NCBI GenBank assembly: GCA_004431415.1
Contig: QPMI01000401.1
Location: 248,001-312,000 of the forward strand
Source: Cyanophora paradoxa CCMP329
Lineage: Eukaryota > Plantae > Glaucophyta
Direction of reading: 5' to 3'
DNA length: 64,000 bases
The first letter of the stretch is position 1; each line of letters begins with the position of its first letter. Shown in pieces: positions 10,866 to 22,581 of this stretch. The notes under the pieces were generated by a model. That model had not been told where the DNA came from. It saw only the letters and a list, made by a program, of their open reading frames with translations, and searched no databases. The position numbers and the translations under genes were made by a program.

Positions 10866-12208
10866 ATGCAGCTGCCGACGCTGTTGGTGGCGCTCCTCGC
10901 GTTGGTGGCCTGTAGCCGCACAAATATACACGCATCATCGCTAGACGTCGACTTGAACGGCTTCGACGCGATCGCAGCGCAGCGGCGGACGCTGTCCTTT
11001 GAGGAGCTTGAAACCCGTGAGCTACTGGCGTCTGCGCGCGCGTGCGCCGCGTAATTCGCGCTTCTTCAATAGCTGATCATGGGAGCGCGCTCGCCAGGCC
11101 TGGCGCCGGGGCGCGGTGCGGTGCTGGGCGAGGTGCTGAACGAGCTCGGGCTGGTGGGCGTCGGCGCCGAGGTCGGCGTCCAGCGCGCCCTTCACGCGGA
11201 GGACATCATGCTCTGTGCGCATGCGCACGCGCCTGAACTTCCGCCCTGTCGCCGCCTCCCGCTCCAGGCCTAGGCCTCTATATAGCTATATCTACAGCTA
11301 GCGTTCGCGCGCGCGCAGCTTGGGGCGGGAGACGACTGGTCTTGATCGACGCGTGGCACAGCGCGCACGAGACGGCGTACGAGGACACCGCGGACGTCCC
11401 TCTCCCCGACCACGTGCGCGCGAATCGAATCTTCGCTCTCCAGCTTCAGTTCGAGCCCGGACCGCGCGGGGCAGGAGGCGAACATGGCCCAGGCGCAGAG
11501 GCGAATGGCGCCCTTCGCGCCTCGCGTCGAATTCCTCCGCGAGTGGTCACTCGTGCGCTCTGACTTGCCTTGCCGAGTCCCCCGACAGCGGGCGCTGCGG
11601 GGCGCCATCCCTTCATCCGTTCCGGCCTTATATGCAGCCCGCAGAAAGCAGCGAGCAAGTACCCGGACAGCCACTTCGACTTCATCTACCTGGGTACGAT
11701 GTACCCTCGCCCACCTACCCCCCCCCCCCCCCCCCAGCCCCTCCCCCCTCCCAGCCCGGCGGCCGCGCCGCGTATCCCTGAACGTCTCTGGTGTACCCCC
11801 CGCAGACGCCCGGCATGACTACGAAGGGATACGGGACGACATCGTCGCCTGGTACCCCAAGCTGCGCAGCGGCGGGTGAGCGCGTAATCCTCATGATCAA
11901 AACTCTCCTCCCGGCAAACTTCAATCATTTCATGACACATACCTCCCCCCCGCGCCGCCCCCCCTTTCGCCCTTCTTCCGGCAGGATTCTGGCCGGCCAC
12001 GATTGGCTTGACGGCCACTTCATGGGGACCCAGTACGGGGTACGCTAGCTCGTAATTCGCATCGTACCCCCTTACCAGCCCCACGGCTGACCGGCTCCCG
12101 GTGTCGCAGGTCCGGAGGGCGGTGGGCGAGTTCGCGGCCCGCGAGGGGAAGCGGGTGGGGTGCATGGAGTGCCACAGTGACTGGCCCTCCTGGTTCCTCT
12201 TGAAGTGA
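10866..12208 (+). CDS. Class I SAM-dependent methyltransferase (Methyltransf_24-like) with N-terminal signal/anchor
   Basis: MQLPTLLVALLALVAC; GAEVGVQRA (motif I), LIDAW, FDFIYLDARHDYEGIRDDIVAWYPKLRSGGILAGHDW..YGVRRAV; ends WPSWFLLK*. Confidence 0.85.
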
Positions 12209-12445
12209 AGCCCAGAGATGAGCCTGCAGATTCTTGTGCTAATTAAATACAATCTAGTTACTTACGATTCAGCGAATTTCGCGGCAGTCGAACGAAGCCC
12301 TGATGTCCAGACCGCTAAGATTGATATAATACCACACTGGATGTAGAAAGAAACAAGCGGGAAAGAAACAACAGCAGCAGAGAGAAAGGAGCGAGCTTGA
12401 AGAGCACAAGAAGTCGGGGCGCGGGCGGGAGCTTGGGCGGCCTCC

Positions 12446-15400
12446 TCACGAGTCCTCGGCGTCGCTGCCAGGGCCGTACCCCCCGACGCCGTCCTCCCCG
12501 TCCTCCTCGGGCTCGGGGTCGTCCTCCCCTAGCGTTCTCACCTGAGCAGAGCCCGTGAGCTGATTGACGGCTCAAGCCCGAGCCGAGGGGCGCGGGCGGG
12601 GACCTGGATCGCGGCGGGGGCGCAGCCGGCCTCGGCCCCCCTGCGCAGGCGCGGGCCGCGGAGTGAGATGGGGCGAGCGGGGAGGGGGAGAGTGAGGCGC
12701 GGGCGCGCCGGTAGGGCGTGAGGCGGAAGACGTAGTCGCGGTCGGGCTTGAGGCCGGCGGCGCGGTGCCGCGCCCCGGCCCCCTCGTGCAGCGTCCGGTA
12801 CCCCGCCGCCTCCCGCACCTGCCGGAGGAGAAGCTCAGGCGAGACGGACCGCCCGGGGCGTGCGCGGGGCCGGGGCGGGCGGGCCTGGAGGCGGTAGGAG
12901 AGGCCCGGGAGGGGGGCCCACTCGAGGAGGGCCCAGTCGCGCCCCGCCCGCACCGCCCGCAGCTCAGTCCGCGGCAGGTCCTGCGACACCCGAGTCAGGG
13001 CCTCGATCCGAACCGAGCACATGCGAGCGGCGCGCGCGCTCTCAGATCGATGTCGAGCCGGCGCGGCCAGGGCGGGCCTCTTCGGGGCCTTACGGGCGGG
13101 GCGGGGCGGGGCGGGGCGGCGCACGGACTCCGGGGTGTCCGTGAGTAGCTCCACGACGTCGCCCAGGGGCCCGTCCCCGTCGTGGCCCCCGAAGCACACC
13201 ACCCGCCCTGCCGACCCTCGGAAGTCAGAGGGAGGGTGGGAGGGAGGGGGGCAGTCTGGGCGGCGGGCGGGCGGGCGCACCGCCGGGGAAGGCCCCGCCG
13301 GCGTGGGCGTGCCGGGGCCGCACCGCCCCGTGCGAGGCGCGCGGGCGCACGTGCGTCCAGACCCCCGAGCTCGTGTCCAGGACCGCCACCTGCGCGCAAG
13401 GAGACGAAGAAGAGGTCTCAAAGGCGCTGGAAAGCGGCGCGGGCGGGCTGTGCGGGCGGGCGGGGCGTGGGCCTCGCCTGGTCGCTGGGGCGGCCCTCGA
13501 CGAGCCCCCCGAAGAGCCTGCCGGCCCGTCAGCGCCGGCGCGCGATTCGGGGAAGCGGGGCGGGGCGGCGACGAGCTGCTCTATGCGCGCGCCTGTAGGG
13601 TATCTAGTGCCTGTCCCTAGGCCACGCTGATCTCTATTACGTGCGATCCGGCCGCGGTGCGCACCAGAAGCGGGAGCCGAGGAGGCAGCCGACGGGCGAG
13701 GAGACGCAGGGGGGCAGCTCCCCGCAGCCGAGCCCCTCCGTCCACTCCCCCGTCTGCGTGTCGAACTGCAGCCGCCGGTGAGAACGAGCAGGAAGCGGGG
13801 GGGGGGGGGGGGGGGGGGGGGGGGGCTAGGTAATGCTGGGTACTCTGGCGCACGATGTTGATTGTGTTGACGGGGTGCGCGGGCGCCCGTCCTCCAAACA
13901 CGAACATGCGCGCTGGGGGTACAGTCAGTTCCGCAAGGGGTACAGAATACCGGGCGGGACGGGTACCATTGATGACGAACGCGACGTGGCCGGAGACCGG
14001 CCGCGGGATCGCGCCGAACGCGTTGAGGAGCTGCGGGGGTACGGGATCGAACGGGGGGGGAGGCGAGGAAGTGGGGGTACGCGCGCCTGCCACGTGGAGT
14101 GCGTCAGGTCGAGCATCCAGACGCAGTTGGTCTCCTGGTTCTCCGCGAAGCCTCCGAAGACGAAGCTGGGGGCGCGCGCGCGGCGGTCAAGGGGGTACGC
14201 ACGTATGTCGGTCACGAGGGGGGGGGGGGGGGGGGGGAGCGGGCGCACAGCTTGCGGCCGTTGACGGCGACCGTGTGGCCGTAGGTTGGCGGGGGCGCGC
14301 TCGTCCCCTTGACGTTGACCGCCGTCCACACCAGGCTCGTCTGCTCGCGGACCGCTCGGTCGAGGTCGCAGGCGAGGGGTCCAGGGGGGTACGGCGCACC
14401 GTGTTCAGGCGGAACACGTCGTTCCTGGGGCCCTTGGCGTCGTACCCCCCGACCACGTAAATGTCCTTGTTCACCGCCACGGCCGCGTGCTTGTGCCTGT
14501 ACCCCTCGGGTCAGACCGAATGGGGTGGGTGGGGGGGAAGCAAGGGGCGTACCGGGGCGTCGGAGCGGACCCGCAGGTGCTCGCCAGCGCCCACAGACGA
14601 GTCTCGACGTCGAAAGTCCAGACCTGCGGGGGTACGTTATTCGCGGCGCGAAGGAAGGACAGGACACAGAGCGCGCCTCGTTCGTGAGCCCCGCGCCGTG
14701 CACCCAGCCGCCGATGACGATCAGCTACGCGGGGGTACACGTGTCATTCAGAGGGGCGAGGAAGAGGGGTAGGCGCCCGCACCCTGTGTTCGATCGCGAC
14801 GGCGGTGTGGCCAAAACGGGGGGCGGGGACCTCGGGGGGTAGGGTGGGGAGGCCGGCGGGGGGCAGGCCGCGGTCCGGGGAGCGGAAGAGGGCGGAGGCG
14901 GCGCCGGGCCCGGCCGGCAGCGGCGCGCCGACGTTCAGCGGCGCCAGCGGTTTCAGCACCTGCGGAGGAAAGGGGGGGGGAAGGGGGGGAGGGAGGGGGG
15001 AAGAGGAAGATTAGAGCGCGTGGATGCAGCGGGTACGTGAAGGGTTGCTCGCCTTCGGCGCCACGTCGACGACGGACGCGGACGAGACGAACGATTCGTA
15101 CTTGCCCTCCTGGGAGGGGGTGAGAAGGGTACGACGGCCGGAGGGGGGGGGGGGTAGCGGACCCTCAAGGAGCCGCCGAAGAACCAGAGCTCGCTGGCTA
15201 TGGCGGTGCAGGTCTGGCCGGCGTGCGGGAAGGGCGGCAGGCCCACGAAGCTCTCCTCGCTCCTGCTCGACCCAAGTCAGATCAGCTCAGATCAGCTCAG
15301 AGCAGATCGGATCAAGGACCAGAGGGATGTGTCCGGGGAGAGGACGTAGGCGCGTTTGAGGACCGAGCCGACCTCGAGGGCCCACAGGCTGCCGCCCCGT

Positions 15401-16884
15401 GAGGCCGGCGCCGCTCGCGGGCGGGAGCGCGGCGCCGCGGCGGGCTCCAGGGCAGACGACCGCGCACCTCCGCTTCACGACGGCGCACTTGTACCTGAGT
15501 GCAGCGCCGATTCGTCAGGAGACCGGCAAGGGGCGGGCAACGGGGGTACAGGGGGTACCGGTTCGCGGGCCGGGGGCAGTCCCCGAAGCACGGCTGCGAC
15601 TTCCACGTGTCCGTGAGCGTGTCCAGGATGTAAACCTGGGGGTACGCAATCAAGTCAGCGACACCCGGGGTACGCCGCGGAGCGCGGCGCGTATGGCGCA
15701 CGGTCTCCCAGTCGTAGCCGCCCTTGTCGTCGTGCCCTGCAGGCCGGGGGCGGGGGACCGTCGGCGCGGGGGTAGCGAGCAGGGAGGGAGGGGGGTACAG
15801 GGCACCGAAGACCCAGATCGAGGAGCCGACGCGCATGCAGACGCTCCACGCGAGCGCCGGCGGGCGTGTACCCGTCGCGACCACCTCCTTCCATTCCTGC
15901 CGGGCCGTGAGGCGTCCCGGCGTCCCGGAGGGGGCAAGGAGGGGAAAAGGGGGGGTACGCGGACCTTCGTGTCAAGGTCCAGCGCCCACACGTCCATGAG
16001 GTGCTCGGTACCCGTCTGGGCGAGGCGCCGGCCGCCGATGGCGAAGAGCTGCGAGGGGGCGGCGGGGCCGGGCGTGAGAGGGCGCGGGGGCGGGAAGGGG
16101 GCGGGGGGAGAGGGCGGCGCGCGCACGCGGCTGCCGACGACGACGACGGAGTGGCCGCAGCGGGCGGGGAGCTTTCCGGTACACTCCACCGGCCACCACG
16201 TCTGCGAGTTCACGTCCAGCTCCCTGCACGCCGGCCGCGCGACTCAGACGCTGCACGCATCCCGCACGCGAGGCGCGGCGGCGGGGCGGACCAGACGTCG
16301 TTCCGAGTGTACCCGTCCCACCCGCCGACGACGACGACCTACACGCGGCGTGAGCGGCGGGCGCGGCTGGCGGGCGGGGCGGGCGGGCCTTCGTCCCGAC
16401 GAGGGTCGCGGAATGGTAGCCGCGGGCGCTCGGCGCCGGTCCCGGCGTCACTTGGACCTTGATCCATTGCTTTGTGTTCGTTTTGAGCTTGCTGTGTGAG
16501 GAAGGGGGCGGTCGGCGCGAGGGCGGGAGGCGGCGCCGGGCGAAGCGCCGGGCGCCAGGTGGACGCACTACACGTCCGCCGTGAGAGTCCCGGAGCCCTG
16601 CCCGATCTGCGCCGGCGAGATCTAGCGCCCGCACTCGCGCTGCCGCGCTGGCGCCGCCGCGCACCTGCCCTCCGATTATCAAAATCGACGCGTCGGGTAG
16701 CGCGGTGGCCGAGTGCTGCATTCGAAGCGTAAGGAATGGCGGCAGCGGCGTGTCGGGCGCTGCGGCGCAGCGGCGCTTCGGCAGGAGTGGTCTTCACGCA
16801 CATGAGCCCGGCCGCTTGGAAGCTCCCCCGAGCAGACGGTCGCTCCTGGTGGGTGGAATGAGCCGCAACGAAACGCACAGGCAT
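12446..16884 (-). CDS. Kelch-repeat protein (probably two beta-propellers) with C-terminal fibronectin type III domain and acidic tail
   Basis: Repeated kelch blades (HSATALPDASILIIGG; ARGYHSATLVG; ARCGHSVVVVG..LFAIGG; PRFGHTAVA; IYVVGGYD; PVSGHVAFV..MFVFGG; VCFGGHDG); FN3 ALLEWAP..YRL..GLKPDRDYVFRL. Start uncertain (16884 or 16803). Confidence 0.85.
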
Positions 16885-17109
16885 GCGAAAGCGCTCGGCG
16901 GGTCCTTCGCCGTGGCTGTCGCACCGAAGCTCGCGGTGTCGATGAGGCTCGCCCGGGCGCCCATCGCTGCGCGCCTGGCCTCTTTTGGCGCTGTGGCTGG
17001 CTAAGCTAAGGCCTGGGGCTCTCCGATGCGCCCGCTGCCGCCGCTTCAAAGCTCAACGGGGGTGCCCGAATTTGAAACCGCCGACTTGAATCGAAGGCCG
17101 ACCAGAGCG

Positions 17110-19110
17110 ATGGCGGGCCCGCAGCCGGACCCACCCGAGGCTGTGCTGAAGGCGATATTCGAGTTCCTGAGCGACACGCAGGACGGCATTGAGATCGCCG
17201 CCGGTGCGAGACGCGTTCACCCGGTCCCGCCGCCCCGTCGAGCGCGGCCCCGCAGTTCTCGCGGAACGCATGAACGACATGGAGATGGAGCAGGATGACG
17301 ACATGAGGGCGCGCCTGGCGCTCGTGCACCTCCGCGAGCTGTTCCAGGGCGACCAGAGTGCGTTCGACAACCTGGAGAAGGACGACCTTCTGCGGAACCT
17401 CAAGCGCTTCGAGGAGAACTCCTTTGCCGCTGTGGACAAGGCGGAGCACGACAAGTTGCGGAGCGAGTTCAAGATGCAGGCGCGCCCGGCCACCGCCTGC
17501 CTTGCGCCCGCTTGGCTGACGCGTCCGTAGATCGCGTTGCGCTGCATACGCTCCGGGAGCAAAGACTGGGGCGACTTCAAGAGCACGTTCGAGCAGCTGT
17601 TCCCGCAGCGCTCGGGCGGTCGCTTCCGGGACGCCTTCAAGAGGCTCTGGGCGCTCGAGAAGGGCGGAGCGCCGCCCCCGGCGGACCACGAGGTCTTCAG
17701 GACGCAGCACCCTTTCGATGCGTTCGCGGAGCGCATGGACGCGTTCCTCGACAGTGTCCGCGCGGCCCTGCCGGCGCCGGCGCTCGCCGCGGTCAGCTCC
17801 GGCCTCCGTGCGCCCTGCAGCTGCGCCGGCCTCCGCTCACGCTCGGGAGCGCGCAGGACATAGTCCGCATCAAGAAGGCGGCACAGAAGGGCTGGATGCG
17901 CCCCCCGGAGGGACTGGTGCCCTGGGTCGCCGGCGCGGGCCCCGGCGGACGGTCCCCCGGCAAGCGGCCGCGAGGCGCGCCCGAGACGCCGCGCGCGCCG
18001 GGCTCCGCCAGGTGCGCTCCCCTTACCGGCGCGCGCCTCGTCGCTCCGGGCGAGTGACACCGGCGCAGGCGTGTGGCGCCGACGCGGGCCGCCTCGCCCC
18101 CCGCCGAGGCCGCCGACGAGGACGACCTGTTCGAGGAGCCGGAGCCGGCCCAGCAGCCGCGCTGGAAGGGCAAGGCCCCCGCCTCGGTCCGCCGGCCCCC
18201 GTCCCCGCCCCAGCCGCTCCCCGCATCCCCTCACCGGGCCACGCCCCCCGCAGCCGCGGCGCCCGGCGGCGGCCCTGGCGGCGGCGGCGGCTCCGGCGGC
18301 GGCGGCGGCGGCGCGAGGGGCGGTGCCGGCGAAGAAGGCGGTGCGTGTGACGGAGGAGACGAGGAACGAGCTGGAGGACGCGCTGGACGTCGGGGAGGAG
18401 GCCGAGCCCGAGGAGGGGGGCGAGCAGCTCGAGGACTCCGGGGGCGGCGTGGAGGCCCCGGCCCCGCCCCCGCCCTCCTCCTCCTCCCGGCCCGCGGAGC
18501 ACGCCGCCGCGTCCTCCTCTTCCGCCGCCGCCCCGGGCCCGGGTCCGCAGCCCCGAAGGCGCTTTATGGACCCGCAGCCCAACGCCCGTCGCGTCTTCTG
18601 GGACTCGGTAGCCCCCCTCGCCCATGTACCCCTCCACATCTGCGCCCATACCCCCGCAGGACGACGAGGAGGCGGAGGGCCCGTCATCCCCTGCGAAGAA
18701 AAAGGTGCCCCTTCTGGTTCGAACCCGAGCGAAAGCGCTCGCCTAACGCGGCCGCGCAGGCGAAAGCGGCGCCGGCGCCGCGGGCGGCGGGTGGCGCGGG
18801 CTCTCCCGGCAAGGGGCGGAAGCGCCACAGATGGGAGAACGTGCGCCTGCCCCCCCCTCCCCCCCTCCCCCTTCGTCACTGTACCCCTGAATTCGCCGCA
18901 GTGGGAGGACCAGAGCCTGAAGGAGGGGGTGGACCGGTTCGGGAAGGGCCGCTGGCGCGAGATCCGCGACAACTACAAGGTGCCCCGCGCGGGGCCGTTG
19001 ATGTTTACCTCGCCTTTTTCATATTCCCGCGATCCCAGTTCCAGGATTTCCGCACCCCCGTGGACCTCAAGGACAGGCACAAGATCCTCGAGAAGAAGGG
19101 CCTGATCTGA
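17110..19110 (+). CDS. TRF-like telomere repeat-binding protein with single C-terminal telobox Myb domain
   Basis: C-terminal WEDQSLKEGVDRFGKGRWREIRDNYK|FQDFRTPVDLKDRHKIL matches the telobox (GxGxW..RTxVDLKD); helical N-terminal domain and acidic/Pro-rich linker. Confidence 0.85.
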
Positions 19111-19199
19111 TGCGAGGGCGCCGCCGCGCGTTCTCGTTCTTGTTTGCAGAGGACTGTGTCTAGATGTATCGTGATATCTATCGTAGTATCTATCGTAAT

Positions 19200-19850
19200 A
19201 TCGGTCCGGCCAGGCAGGAAGGGGGTTGCCTGGGCTCCCCTCCCCACACGCCGCAGTCGGACTGCGGTTGTATCATGCTTTCATATGCAATTTCAATGGG
19301 CCCGCGGCCGAAACTTGGCCAGATCATCGCGATCGGGTAGAACTGGGCCGCAGTGCCGTGACTGGGCCGCGGTCACCGCGTGCTACGGTGACCGTCGGAC
19401 GGTCAGATATCATGATCATGATCCGATGATCATGCATGGTGACTCAGTGCCACGGTGATCATGATCATGAGCAATATCATGATCACTTGATCACTCCGAT
19501 CATCAGATCTTATATAATTATGCTTCCGAAGCCTTTGAAGTTCATCTATCTTTCAAGTTTGTTCGCCAAACTTGAAAGGCTGCGCCGCCAAGAGTCGACG
19601 TCTGGCCAGGCCTAGGGCAGAGCCGGAGGGCCTGCGGCCCATTAATGGTCTGATGACTCTGAACTCAGTGGCTGTCCTATTAGCCTCGGGGGCTGTACAT
19701 GCCCGACGGTCTGAACCACGATGGCACGGGCGGCGGCCAGTGGGGGCTCCGGATCCGAGGCTCAGCACATGGTATCATTGCATGCCATGATGGCATCATC
19801 ATGATCACAAGAAATCGTCCAATAAATTTTGCGTCCTCTAATTACAGTTT
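19200..19850. repeat. Degenerate dispersed repeat remnant in the intergenic region, rich in TGATCA/TCATGA
   Basis: Shares short motifs with 59.1-61.1 kb (GGGGTTGCC..GGGCTC..CCCCAC; GATCCGATGATC; CATGATGGCATC; TCCGAGGCTCA). Confidence 0.5.
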
Positions 19851-19940
19851 TGCGTTGAAAAAGGAGGGTCGAAAGTGCGCTGCCGGCCGCCCTGCGGGGC
19901 CGCCGCCGGCGCGCGCAGGGGGGGGGGGGAGGAGGAGAGC

Positions 19941-21885
19941 TCAGTCGTCCTCCCCCTTGGGCTGGGGCCGCTCGAGGGGCGTCAGCTTCCCGGCGACGGC
20001 GTCGGCCACGAAGGCGCGGACGCCGGCCTCGGTGACCGCCGCCTCCGCCGCCTTGTACACCGTCGGCACCTCCACCAGGAGCACCGCCGTCTCGTCCTTC
20101 ACCCCCGTGAACCTGCCCGCCACGCACGCTCGACTAACATATAAAAAGGTGCCGCCGGCGCGGCGCACCGGCGGACGGCCTCGACGAGGTTGCCCGAGGA
20201 GCCGACGAAGAAGAGCACGGTGTCGTCCGCGCCCTCCTGCAGGGGGAAAGGGAAGCTTAGGAGGGGAAGCTGCGCTCGGGAGGCGGGGGCGCGGGGCCCG
20301 GCGCGCCTCGACCTGCTTGATGTACTCGAGGGCGACCGGGAGGAGCGCCTTCTTCGCCTCCTCCTCCTTGCCCGCCGGCACGAGCGCCACCAGGCACTTC
20401 TCGCTGTTGATCTGCCCCCGGAGACGTCAGCTCATATTGGACCGCCCGGATCGGATCGGAGCGGAGCGCCCGGGCCCGAGCGCACCGCGTTGCCGGCGGC
20501 GTCGAGGTCCCTCACGGGCAGCGGCTGCGCCGAGCGAGCGAGCGGCGTCAGCGCCGACGCCGTCGAAAGGCGAAGAAGAAGAAGCAGGGGTGGCGGGGCG
20601 GGGCGGGGCGGTGCGCACCTTCCAGGGGAAGCGGGCGCACTCGGCATCCGAGGAGACCTCGCCCACGCCCTCGTCCGTGATCTGGGGCGCGCCGTGAGGC
20701 CGGGCGGGGCGAGCGGAGCGCGGAGAACAGAGCAGGGCGGGGCGGGAGAGGAGAGGGCGGCGCCGCACCTGCTTGCCGTTCTCGTCGAAGAGGACGAGGT
20801 GCGGGATGCCCTGGACCTGAACGCTGCTGCTCAGCCCCGAGAAGGAAGAAGAAAGAGAGGAGGCGGGCGGGCGGGCGGGCGGGCGGGCGGGCGGGCACCT
20901 CGAAGAGCTCGCCGAGCTCCTCCCGCGTCTCGTTCTCGTCGAAGGGCACCGCGAGCCACGGCTGCTTCTCGAAGTACTCCTGCGGGGGGCGAGCCCGTTG
21001 GCTTCTCGGGCGGGAAGGGACGGGGGTAACGGGGGCACCTTGAACTGGGCGGGGGAGCGGTCGTTGGAGACGTACACGACCTCGAAGGGCTTGCCGTCCG
21101 CCTGCAGCTTCTTGTACGCCGCCGCCAGCTTCGGCGTGAAGCCCTGCGCCGCGGAGCGAGTCGGCGGACGGAGAAGGGCGCGGGGGGGCGCGGGAGGGAC
21201 GGACGGACCTGGCAGGGCGGGCACCAGTGGGCGCTGAAGTATACGCCGAAGGGCTTGCCCTTGAACGCCTCGCCCAGCGTCTTCTCCTCACCCGCGTTGT
21301 TCACCGCCTGCAGGGCGCCCGCTCGCACACGCCGGCGCCCCGAGGCACGGGGCACGGGGTACGCGCCTTGATGGGGGCCAGGGTCTCGAGGAGGCTCTTC
21401 TGCGGCCACGGGAAGTCCTTCGCCGCCTTGTCCTTGCTGACCATCTCCCGCCTGCCCCGCGCGCGCGTGAGCCGCGCTCGCCTTCGGCGCGCTGGCTTCT
21501 TCTCTGCTCACCCGCGGGAGGTGATGACCTTGCCGTCCGCGTCGAGCACCACGAGAGTGGGGATCCCCTGCACCTTGAACTTCTTGGAGAGCTTGTTCTT
21601 CAGCTCCCGCTCCGCGTACGGCAGCGCGATCCACGGGTGCTCCCCGTAGTACTCCTGGATCAAATTCGTCGGCGCGGGGCGTTCGCTCGGCGCACGCGCC
21701 GGGGCGGGCGGCGCGCACCTCCCAGCTCTTCTCGTCCCGATCGCTGGAGACGAAGACGATTTCGAAGTTCTTGCTCGCGTGGTGCTGCTCGTAGAACTTG
21801 GCGAGCTCCGGCGTGAAGCCCCGGCAAGGCGGGCACCAGTGGGCGCTGAAGTACAGGAGTACGGCCTTCTTCCCGGCGAGCGCCT
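19941..21885 (-). CDS. Nucleoredoxin/tryparedoxin-like protein: two WCPPC thioredoxin domains plus a C-terminal domain with no CxxC seen (5' end unresolved)
   Basis: LLYFSAHWCPPCRGFTP..EIVFVSSD..VQGIPTLVVL and GVYFSAHWCPPCQGFTP..EVVYVSND..VQGIPHLVLF. Confidence 0.9.
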
Positions 21886-22581
21886 GCGATTGCGCGCATG
21901 AGCGAGCCGCGCACTGGACGAAAATCGACACGGCCGCAGCGTGGCACGTGTTCGACGCTCGAAAGCGCCACAGGGCTGTTACCGGAACTCAAATCTAACA
22001 ACTTAAAGACAGATAGGTACACTTTTTACGCCCGTACAGCAGCTAGACGCCAGGAACGGCACTCGGGACCGGAACGAGCGCTCATGTGTTCCGAACTCTC
22101 ACTCTCACCTTCGCCGTGTCAACCGAGCCGTTCTTGCCTGCGGGGGCGTAAGTTCCAGGGACGCCAGACGACGTCGGTTACATGCACGACGCACCGTGGA
22201 GCGTCGAGCCGAGCAGGGACTCCATTTTAGCACTGTGGCAACGGAGAGGTATCAGGTGCGAGGACGTCGGACGGTGTGGCTGCTTCCGATGGATGCGGTT
22301 GAAGGCGTTAATGGGCGCGCCGGCTGATGAGCGTGTAATGACGGGGGCTGAAGGAGGGACAGCACTGACGGGCGGAACGGCGTGCTATCTCTTTGTGCGA
22401 ATGACGGTTTTACGTGCGTGCGGACCTTCTTTTTAGACCCTCTCAGATGAACGCGTCTAACTGAACCCGCCTGAACGGAGAAGAGGGGTAGGTGTGGGTC
22501 ACACAATTACACGTACCCCACGCGCATAGAAATAGGCCCGGAGCAGCGTGAGCAGCAGGGTCCGGGAGGTTCTTTGCTGAG

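Noticed and set aside
13795-13827. Long poly-G/poly-C runs (also ~11718, ~14217, ~59010)
   Set aside because: Intronic or intergenic homopolymers of unreliable length; not informative.
17053-18972. 639-aa ORF and other long Arg/Gly/Ala/Pro-rich ORFs (e.g. 41831-43663, 43159-44784, 45183-46724)
   Set aside because: Antisense or off-frame products of very high GC with few stops, overlapping real spliced genes.
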